NCBI RefSeq assembly: GCF_003351765.1
Contig: NZ_CP031229.1
Span: 2,376,916 to 2,440,915 of the forward strand
Direction: 5' to 3'
Origin: Ornithinimicrobium avium
Lineage (GTDB): Bacteria; Actinomycetota; Actinomycetes; Actinomycetales; Dermatophilaceae
DNA length: 64,000 nt
In this document: piece after piece, positions 51,677-59,080 of the stretch
Layout of the letters: every line of letters begins with the position of its first letter
Position numbering within the stretch: position 1 is the stretch's first letter
Position numbers and translations under genes: made by a program
Notes under the pieces: model-generated
The model's database searches: none
What the model was told of the DNA's origin: nothing
The model's input: the letters and a program-made list of their open reading frames with translations, nothing else

Positions 51677-51892
51677 ATGGCGTACCGTTGCCACATGGCC
51701 GAGACGACGACGATACGCATCAGCCGGGACACCCACGCCCGGGTCACCCGCTTGGCGGCCGAGCGCCACGAGACGATCGACGAGTTGGTGAGCAGCGCTC
51801 TGAGAGCGCTGCGCCAAGACGGCATGGGCCGCGACCTGTCCGAAGATCTCACTGAGGATGAGACGGCCTGGCTCGATGCTGACGCCGGGTGA
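51677..51892 (+). CDS. Ribbon-helix-helix (MazE/CopG-like) antitoxin
   Basis: TTIRISRDTHARVTRLAAERHETIDELVSSAL. Start at 51677 or 51695. 17-nt overlap with the toxin gene. Confidence 0.65.
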   Translation: MAYRCHMAETTTIRISRDTHARVTRLAAERHETIDELVSSALRALRQDGMGRDLSEDLTEDETAWLDADAG

Positions 51893-52214
51893 CGTCGTCG
51901 AGCTCGACCTCGGCACTCCGGCCGGTAGCGAGGCGGGGCTACATCGTCCCGCGGTCGTCGTCACTGCCGCACGGGTGCTGGCGGGTGGACCGAACGTCGT
52001 GCAGGTAGTGCCGCTGACCCGCACCATCCGGTCCAGCAGCACCGAAGTGGTCATCGACCCTGATCACGGCAACCGTCTTGCAGAGCGTTCCTCGGCGCAG
52101 TGCCAGCACGTGCGATCTGTGGCCACCTCGCGTATCCAGCACCGCACCGGAAATGTCGGCCCCGTAGTACTCGGCGAGGTCCGAGAGACCCTCGCGCTGC
52201 TGCTGGACCTCTAA
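51876..52214 (+). CDS. MazF/PemK-family endoribonuclease toxin
   Basis: MLTPGDVVELDLGTPAGSEAGLHRPAVVVTA...VQVVPLTRTIR. Confidence 0.75.
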   Translation: MLTPGDVVELDLGTPAGSEAGLHRPAVVVTAARVLAGGPNVVQVVPLTRTIRSSSTEVVIDPDHGNRLAERSSAQCQHVRSVATSRIQHRTGNVGPVVLGEVRETLALLLDL

Positions 52215-52265
52215 CGTCCCTCGGCGCGGGCCCTCGACGAGAGTCCAGCGCTTCGACGTAGCCCC

Positions 52266-52280
52266 TTCCGCCGCGTTTCG
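52266..52280 (+). repeat. Degenerate island motif copy h (CCTTCCGCCGCGTTT), preceded by block 2 GCGCTTCGACGTAGC
   Basis: Read directly. The block order is reversed relative to copies d and e. Confidence 0.45.
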
Positions 52281-52381
52281 CCATTTGTAGGCCTTGTCGA
52301 AGTCCGTCTAGACCTCGAGAAGTTGGATGTTGGACTCGCTTGATCGGTCACTGTTGGAGAGGGCTTGGCTACGAGGGTTGG

Positions 52382-52684
52382 TCAGCCCCAGAAGATGTGG
52401 GTGGGGTCGCGGTCTATCTCGTCTAGGAGGGACTCGATGGTGCGTGCGGACCCGACCCGGTCGTACAGGTGGAAGCGGAGGTTGCGGTCCCTCCAGTACA
52501 AGGTCCAGGCCTTGTCCTTTGCGGTGTATCGCAGGCGCGCGATGGGCAGGCTCGTCCATTCGGGTCCGAAGTCCTCGCGCCAGGGCGCGCGCCGCTCGAC
52601 GATGGTCAGGTGTCGGTCGCTCTGGAACGGCCACCGGTCAGGCTCCGTTGCTGCCGGCTGCGGCGTTGAGCGCTTCGAAGGCAA
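52382..52684 (-). CDS. Small hypothetical protein (DUF3024-like?)
   Basis: 100 aa: WTLYWRDRNLRFHLYD. Confidence 0.4.
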   Translation of the reverse strand: MPSKRSTPQPAATEPDRWPFQSDRHLTIVERRAPWREDFGPEWTSLPIARLRYTAKDKAWTLYWRDRNLRFHLYDRVGSARTIESLLDEIDRDPTHIFWG

Positions 52685-53222
52685 CGTCGAGTCGCCGCTG
52701 GCGACGCATGTCAGTTTCGTGGTTGGCTTCGGCTGCGAGGGACCCGATGAGTTCCTCCAGTCCGTCTTCGGTGGCAGGCAGGACGACCTTGCCGGTGGCG
52801 TGAGGATGGATCCGGAACACCAACCGTTGAGAGTCGACGTCGAGCAGGTTCAGTTCGCGCAGCGTCGCTGCCACCTCGGTGGGGATGAGGATCTGGTGGA
52901 CGGGCTCGGCGCGAGCGAGCCGTCGCGGTCGCAGGTCGAACGGTGAATCGGCCCAGTTACTGATGCGGCCCTGGTCTGCGCAGCTGCTGCACTGCCAACG
53001 GATCGGAACCGAGACGTCGAGGTCGCGGTGCAGAACCATCCGGCCCGGGCAGGCACGGTGGCCGGGGCGGCGGCGACATGGCAGCGCGCTCTCCCAAGCT
53101 GTACCCGCGTCGCCTGCGGTGGCCGCGCTGACGAGGTCGCCCAGCTGCTCGGCAAGCCGGCGTGCGGGGCCTGGTGCATCCAGGGGCAGGTCGAGGAAGT
53201 GCTGCAGATCGGTGACCATCAT
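52638..53222 (-). CDS. Hypothetical Cys-rich protein
   Basis: 194 aa. CRRRPGHRACPGR...WQCSSCADQGR is a possible Zn ribbon. 47-nt overlap with the downstream ORF. Confidence 0.4.
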   Translation of the reverse strand: MMVTDLQHFLDLPLDAPGPARRLAEQLGDLVSAATAGDAGTAWESALPCRRRPGHRACPGRMVLHRDLDVSVPIRWQCSSCADQGRISNWADSPFDLRPRRLARAEPVHQILIPTEVAATLRELNLLDVDSQRLVFRIHPHATGKVVLPATEDGLEELIGSLAAEANHETDMRRQRRLDVAFEALNAAAGSNGA

Positions 53223-53341
53223 CGCCCCGGAACTGTACCTGCCGCCAGGGCTGGGCTACGGCTCGGTGTACACCCGCGTCACCGCCGCGAGAAGACCTGG
53301 AGGGTTGCGGTCCCACCGGATGGAGCCAGCTCTGCGTGGCT

Positions 53342-53861
53342 TCAGGGATTCCGGTTAGCCCTTGCCGGGAGGTGCTCGACGAGGACTCGCCCCGGCTTCC
53401 AGGTGATTCCGGCGACCGAGCGCAGCGGCGCGAACGGGTCGGCTGCCCGCTGCCAGGCCACCGCCAGGCTGGCCGAGATCTCCGTTGCCTCGTCCGGGCA
53501 TGCCCGGGCGGCCAACCGGCGCAGCGCCTGCACGTCAGTGAGCTTGGCCGTGACGCTCCACGTGGCCGTCCCGTGATCGACGGAGTCGCCCCTGGCCTCG
53601 CTCTCCACCGACAGCATCCGCAGGGCGCCGGCCTCCAGCGCCCCCTCCAGTCCATGACTGGGCCAGATCAGCCAGGCAAGTGCATCGAAGACGTCATCGC
53701 CGGGCGCGGTATCCGGTGCCTCACCCTCGGCGTCGTCGAGGCCGAGGTCTCCGCCCGAGGCGGCGATCACGACACCCTCGTCCGCCCGCGCCGCGGCCTG
53801 CAGGGCTGCAGGATCAGTGATGGTGATCTCCGCGGTGGCGGTCAGTTCCCACAGACCCGTG
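53342..53861 (-). pseudogene. geneX paralogue B, 3' fragment (disrupted by IS110)
   Basis: WELTATAEITITDPAALQAAARADEGVVIAASGGDLG... is about 85% identical to the copy at 46953. It joins in-frame to the IS110 transposase C-terminus, producing the chimeric 502-aa ORF. Confidence 0.7.
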
Positions 53862-55081
53862 AATAACCCGGGCCAGGGCGTGCGCGGGAGCGCGTCGGGC
53901 GGAGCCCGACACGTCGTTCCGGTATACTGGTTGCGGCGGGCCAACCAGTCCGCACCGACGTCAAGGTAGGGCTCGTCGTTCTTGAGCATGTGGTAGGCGC
54001 ACACCAGAATCGAGTGCGCGACCGCGACCTGAGCCCGACCCGCCCCGCGGCGCTTGGTCAGGCGGGCGTGCTGGGCCGCGAGATAGTTCTTGCCCTTCAT
54101 CCGTCCCACCGAGCCAGCGGACTCGACCAGCATCGCGCATAGCCACTTGTTGCCATGCCGGGTACCGGAGGGTCGAGTGCGGCCCGCTGACTGGTACACC
54201 GAGGGTGCCAGCCCTGCCCAGGAGGCCAGGTGCGCCGCGGAAGGAAAGCGCGACATATCGGCTCCGGTCTCAGCCACGATCACCTGGGCGACGCGTTCAC
54301 CGACAGAAGGGATCGTCTGCAACAGCTCGATCTGGTGAGCCCACGGCGCGCAGGCGACCGTGATCGCCTCGTCGGCCTCGACCAGGTCCTGCTCGACCAT
54401 GTCCAGCCGGTTCAGGATGGAGCGGGCCAGCTGGGCGTGGTGGGCGTCGAAGTGCCCCTCCAACGCCTGGGCCAGGTCGGGGATCTTGCGGCGCATCTTG
54501 CCCTTGGCCAGCTCGGCCAGCACCAGCGGGTCCCGTTCCCCGGCGATCATCGCCGCCAGCATCGCCCGGGCCGAGACCGTGGTCAGCGTGGACGCGACCG
54601 ATGACAGCTTGATGGAGGCGTCCTCCAGCATCATTTCCAGGCGGATGCACTCCCGGGTCCGGTCGCCCATCAGCTGCACCCGGTAGCGGGTCAGCATCCG
54701 CAGCGAGCGGATCCCCGGCGGCGGCACGAACGAGGGCGCCAGCAATCCGTGCTCCAGCAGCTGGGCGATCCACTCCGCGTCCCGCACGTCGGTCTTGCGA
54801 CCCGGCACCGCCTTCATGTGCGCGGCGTTGAGCAACCACACCTCCATCACCTCCTCCAGGCAGTAGAACGGCTTTCAGTACGTCGAGGTCGACTCCATCG
54901 CCGCGATCGTGACCCCGCACTCGGTCAGCCAGTCCCGCATCACCCGCAACGACCCGGTCGTCGTCTTGAACGTGCGCGTCTCCGCGTGCCGGCCACGCCG
55001 GGCTCCCGGGGTGCGCACGCACACCGTCACCGAGTCCTTGCCGACGTCCAACCCGGCCACCCGCTCGAAGAGCACTTGCAT
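53862..55081 (-). pseudogene. IS110 transposase with an in-frame TGA (W-to-stop) at 54875-54877 and an aberrant 3' end
   Basis: MESTSTY*KPFYCLEEVMEVWLLNAAHMKAVPGRKTDV. The expected SYWKP tryptophan codon reads TGA. The C-terminus diverges from the second copy after DEPYLDVGADW. Confidence 0.7.
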
Positions 55082-55312
55082 CTGTCCCAGCTCCCTTCCC
55101 AGTCATCGGCCGCGACCATCGCGACCCGACGCCGTCCGGAAGACCCTCTGCCAGGACACAGACCCGCGTGCTCGTAGCAACAATCCAGCGACACCCGAGG
55201 ACCTCGCGTCATACACCTCTACGGGCTCACCCGCACCAGTGTGTGTCGACGTCGCCGGACGACACCCCCATTCTCAGCGACCGGCACAGGGACCGCAGGT
55301 CCCAAGTCCGTT
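53862..55312 (-). mobile_element. IS110-family insertion sequence (1451 bp, no inverted or direct repeats) inserted in geneX-B
   Basis: Flanks reconstruct an uninterrupted geneX (agagaggtgt|IS|gggaactgacc). The transposase has the DEDD N-terminus VAGLDVGKD and LLQTIPSVG...LASWAGLAPS. Confidence 0.75.
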
Positions 55313-55406
55313 ACACCTCTCGGGTCCTCCCGCGGTGCCCTCGTTCGGCAGGAAGTTGCGTCTCGCGATCGGGCAGCTCAAAGAGCCCAGGCTGGTCGGG
55401 ATCCAT
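55313..55406 (-). pseudogene. geneX paralogue B, 5' fragment (MDPDQPGLFELPDRETQLPAERGHRGRTREV)
   Basis: ATG at 55406. It ends at the IS110 right end. Confidence 0.65.
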
Positions 55407-55600
55407 GGCGACCCACCCTATGCCCGTCATCCCACTGGTTTGATGTCTGGCGGGCACGGTCGCGCGGGCGCGTCATAGCGTGCTCATCGCCGGAGGCGAT
55501 GCTTGTGCGCTTCGACGTAGCGTCGAAGTCGTTCAGAGCCTCGTCGCGCTAGCCGCGGGCACCGCTGAGGCCCCAGTCCAGGTCGCCGCAGGAGGCGACC

Positions 55601-56161
55601 ACGTCCACCACGACCACCTCAAGGACGGTGCCGCCGTTCCAGCCGTCCTCGATGAGCCGCACGGCTCGCGGCGGTCTCGTTCCTGGCCCGGTACTCCGGG
55701 GCCACGCATAACGCATGCCCTGTCAACACGATGATGCACGCCGTCCGGGGCTACTTCCGGTTCGCGCACATCGACGGCACCATCCCGGCCGACCCGGCCG
55801 TGTACGCCCGGCTCCCGAGAGTCCAGCGGGACAAGTCCCGCACCCAGGGCCGGGCCTGGACCGGCTGGAGCTGATCCGCTTCCTTCAGGTCGCCCAGACC
55901 ATCGTCCACCACGGCGCACTGGCCTACCTGCTCGGGATCAAATCACTGCGCGTCTCCGAGGCCGCAGCCGTGCGCCTCGAGGACTACACCGACGTCCTGC
56001 GGGGCCACCCGGTGCTGCACCTGCTCGGCAAGGGCAACAGGCCGCGCCACGATGCCGCTAATGGTCCCAGTCTTGCGGGTCCTCGAAGTCCGCCGCAGGG
56101 GAGCGCACCACAGGCCCGCTGATCCTGCGCTCGCTCTCTGTGCTATGGCACGCCGCCATCA
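55601..56161 (+). pseudogene. Tyrosine recombinase copy 3, decayed (start ATG to ACG, internal ~140-bp deletion, frameshifts, 3' truncation by IS110 fragment)
   Basis: Leader and coding sequence align to copies 1 and 2 (LDRLELIRFLQVAQTI-VHHGALAYLLGI...). The start reads gcgaccACGtccacc. Confidence 0.75.
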
Positions 56162-56690
56162 CTAACGCCCTGGACGCAGGTCATCGTGGCCGAGACCGGC
56201 GCGGACATGTCCCGCTTCCCTTCCGCCGCGCACCTGGCCTCCTGGGTCGGGATCGCCCCCGGCGTGTACGAGTCCGCGGGCAAGACCCGTCCGGCCGGCA
56301 CCCGGCACGGCAACAAGTGGCTCTGCGCGATGCTCGTCGAGGCCGCCGGATCGGTGGCGCGAGGGCACGGGAAGAACTACCTCGCCGCGCAGCACACCCG
56401 CCTGGCCAAACGCCGCGGCCGGGGCAGAAGCCAGGTCGCGGTCGCGCACTCGTTCCTGGTGTCGGCCTACCACATGCTCATCAACGACGAGCCCTACCGC
56501 GACCTCGGCGCTCACTGGGTGTCGCGCCGGACCCAGGAAGCCCACACCCGCCGCCTCGCCGCACAGCTGGAACGGCTCGGTCATATGGTCGTCATCGACC
56601 CAGCCGCCTGACCCTCCGGTCCGGAACGACGTGCCGGTCTCCGCCCGCGCCCTCACGGGCACGCCTCGGCCGGGTTATTCACGGGTCTGT
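56162..56690 (+). mobile_element. IS110-family fragment (3' half; transposase C-terminal 141 codons at 56186..56611) in opposite orientation to the first copy
   Basis: AETGADMSRFPSAAHLASWVGIAPGVYESAG... is about 85% identical to the first copy. It shares the terminal sequence CCCGGGTTATTCACGGGTCTGT. Confidence 0.7.
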
Positions 56691-56691
56691 G

Positions 56692-57069
56692 TCAGTGCAC
56701 CCCGAAGCAGAGCGGGTGGCCTGCTGGGCTGGCGTAGACAGCAAACATCTCGTTGCCATCGGGGTTGTCGGCTGGTCTCTTCGCTGCCTGCAGTTGGCGA
56801 CCTCCGAGAGCGACCGCAAGCCGACCGGCCTGCGCCAAGTCCTCCACGTGCAGGTCCAGGTGCACCTGTTGCTGTTGTTGGCCGCTGGGCCATTCCGGGG
56901 CCGCGTGGTTGGGGGCGAGCTGCACACCCATCACCCACTCGCCGTTGACCACGATGCTGTGCCAGTCCTCGTCGCGGTGCACCTCACCACCCAGGAGGCC
57001 CGCCCAAAATCTGCTCTCGGCCTCGATATCGCTGGCGTCGAACACGATCACCCGCCTGATGACCTTCAC
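56692..57069 (-). CDS. VOC-family (glyoxalase/bleomycin-resistance fold) protein
   Basis: 125 aa. GTG start overlaps the upstream stop (GTGA). Confidence 0.6.
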   Translation of the reverse strand: MKVIRRVIVFDASDIEAESRFWAGLLGGEVHRDEDWHSIVVNGEWVMGVQLAPNHAAPEWPSGQQQQQVHLDLHVEDLAQAGRLAVALGGRQLQAAKRPADNPDGNEMFAVYASPAGHPLCFGVH

Positions 57070-57896
57070 GTCGGCTCCTGTTCTCGCACCAACGATGCAA
57101 CGTACGAAATGTACGACTGACTGCGGAGTGCTGGCATCCACCAGATGCGCCAACGATGCACTGCTCGGGCCGCGGGGGACGCTGACCGCGAACGCAAGGC
57201 TATGCCGCTGAGCCAGAATCGACGTATGAAGCGACTGATCAAGGCGGTGCCGCTGTGTTCCGCGACGAGGATGGCCGCCAGTGCCCAGCTGATGAGGAGG
57301 CCAACGGTGAGCGCTGGCGGCAGGTACCAGAAGACGAGGAACCCAGCAACCGCCGTCAGTGGCAGCGCGCAGATCAACGACCACGCCACTGGTTTCGGCA
57401 GGACCCCGTGACGCAGTGCCGAGACACCGCAGGCCTCGGTCCCTCCGATGGCCAGGAGCAGCGCCGCCAGGTCGATCAACCAGCCGTAGCTCGGAGTGCT
57501 GTACTCCAAGCCGATGGCCGCCGTCGCCACGAGAAGGCCGATGCGGGTGCCCCAACGCGCGAGCGTCCATGGCACCAAGCTGGTGACCGACCACACGAAG
57601 GGAAGCGCTGCTGCGAGAGAGAGGAAGAAAGGTCCGCGCCACCACCACACCGGCTGTCCGCCGGCCACGAGGGGGAGGGTCTCTGCCATCCATCGGCCTA
57701 CGGTCGACGCTCCGGGAGGCATCTCGTGGAAGGCACCCCCGGCGCTCAGTTCCCACTGGACGGCCATCGCGGCACCGAGCACGGTGGCCCACACGGGGGC
57801 CACCACGGCGAGGGCGCGCTTCCACACAGGAACTCGCATACCCCATTCTGCGGCAGAGGTCGGCGACAATGCCCCGGCCATGTAGGAGTGACGCAA
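57066..57896 (-). CDS. Hypothetical integral membrane protein
   Basis: 276-aa Trp-rich hydrophobic ORF. The start is uncertain. Confidence 0.45.
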   Translation of the reverse strand: MRHSYMAGALSPTSAAEWGMRVPVWKRALAVVAPVWATVLGAAMAVQWELSAGGAFHEMPPGASTVGRWMAETLPLVAGGQPVWWWRGPFFLSLAAALPFVWSVTSLVPWTLARWGTRIGLLVATAAIGLEYSTPSYGWLIDLAALLLAIGGTEACGVSALRHGVLPKPVAWSLICALPLTAVAGFLVFWYLPPALTVGLLISWALAAILVAEHSGTALISRFIRRFWLSGIALRSRSASPAARAVHRWRIWWMPALRSQSYISYVASLVREQEPT

Positions 57897-58014
57897 CTAC
57901 TGAGCCCCACGCTGCCAGCGAAGCCCCCGACGAACGCGCGCATCCGCCGCCGGGCGGACGTCCCAGTAGGAAGGCTGACTCCCGCGGCACATGGCGGCAG
58001 CGCGGCATTCGGGT

Positions 58015-58230
58015 TCAGCGGGCGCAGATCTGGTTGTTGCGGGCCTGGTGAGTTAGTTCTGCGAGGTCGAGCGCCTCGAGGAGCGGCGGAAGGTACATGC
58101 CGAATCTGCGGCGGTATCCCTTGCGCAGTCGGTACCAGCCCCCGACCGGGTTGTCCGGGGAACGGCCCCAGGCCTCCACGGTGCCAGGGGCAGGGTCCTT
58201 CTTCTCGTCGGCAGCACCTTCCTCAGCCAT
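58015..58230 (-). CDS. Small hypothetical protein (71 aa)
   Basis: AAGAGG RBS 7 nt upstream of the ATG. Confidence 0.4.
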   Translation of the reverse strand: MAEEGAADEKKDPAPGTVEAWGRSPDNPVGGWYRLRKGYRRRFGMYLPPLLEALDLAELTHQARNNQICAR

Positions 58231-58545
58231 GAGTACCTCTTAGTGGAGTCCACCAAAGTGGTGCACGACGATCCCCGGTGAGCGTGTCCTACCAGCCGGT
58301 CAAAGCGACCGCCTCGTCCAGCATCCGGCGCCGATCCCTCTTAGACGACCTCACGTACGCCCTTGGCGTATCGCGTCGTGATCTGCGTACGGCGACCTCA
58401 CCGACAACACACCGTCCATGTCCTAGGGTGCACCCGTCGACACGATTTCGCGAGCAGTCCCTCGTTGAGGCACCGGACCACGTACTCTGGGCATTGGTGT
58501 CATCGGGGTGTTGCGGAGGTGGGGGCGGCCTGCGAACCTCGACGC

Positions 58546-58896
58546 ATGAGAGTCGTGCGCATCATTCCCGACCTGCCCGTCGACAGCATCGCCGCGGCGG
58601 ATGAGTTCTACGGCGGCTTCCTCGGCCTGGAGCGCCAAGAAATGGGCCTTGACTGGGTAGCGCGTTACCTCGCGCCTTCGGGGGCAAGCTTGCAGATCCT
58701 CACGCACGATGCGTCAGCTGCGGACGTCCCCGCTGTCTCCATCGCGGTCGATGACGTGGACGAGGCCTACGAGGAAGCACTCCGCCGCGGCTACGAAGTC
58801 GTGCACCCGCTGACGACCGAGCCGTGGGGGGTTCGACGCTTCTTCGTGCGAACGCCTGATGGGCAGGTTCTGAACATCTTGCGTCACCACCAGTAG
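58546..58896 (+). CDS. VOC-family (glyoxalase-like) protein
   Basis: 116 aa: MRVVRIIPDLPVDSIAAADEFYGGFLGLE.... Confidence 0.6.
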   Translation: MRVVRIIPDLPVDSIAAADEFYGGFLGLERQEMGLDWVARYLAPSGASLQILTHDASAADVPAVSIAVDDVDEAYEEALRRGYEVVHPLTTEPWGVRRFFVRTPDGQVLNILRHHQ

Positions 58897-59041
58897 GCAT
58901 CCGCTCCTGCCGCGGATCGCTCGTTCGTGGGTGCGGCCAGCTGCACGAGGGCGTCGAGCGGCACGCCGCATCACCGGGTGCCAGGTCCCGTCCTGCGTCG
59001 ACCGGGCGGCGGGCCAACCGTGTCGCCGGTCGGTGTGGGGA

Positions 59042-59065
59042 GGCGCTGCTCCGCGGAGCAGCGCC
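59042..59065 (-). terminator. Perfect 24-bp palindrome GGCGCTGCTCCGCGGAGCAGCGCC immediately downstream of the mutase gene. Likely an intrinsic terminator or attachment-adjacent hairpin.
   Basis: Read directly, 16 nt after the stop at 59081. Confidence 0.55.
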
Positions 59066-59080
59066 AGCCCCGCGTCCGGG

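Larger units (their letters stand above)
39130..59040. mobile_element. ~19.9-kb lower-GC mosaic genomic island (integrase-bearing, with IS110 copies, TA modules and pseudogenes)
   Basis: Abrupt change in base composition and codon usage after the thiolase stop. Three tyrosine-recombinase copies, IS110, TA pairs and repeated junction motifs. The right end is marked by a 24-bp perfect palindrome at 59042-59065, before high-GC coding resumes. Confidence 0.75.

Noticed and set aside
53342-54850. 502-aa ORF read as one protein
   Set aside because: It is a chimera of a truncated IS110 transposase and the 3' part of geneX-B, created by the insertion. It is not a native fusion protein.
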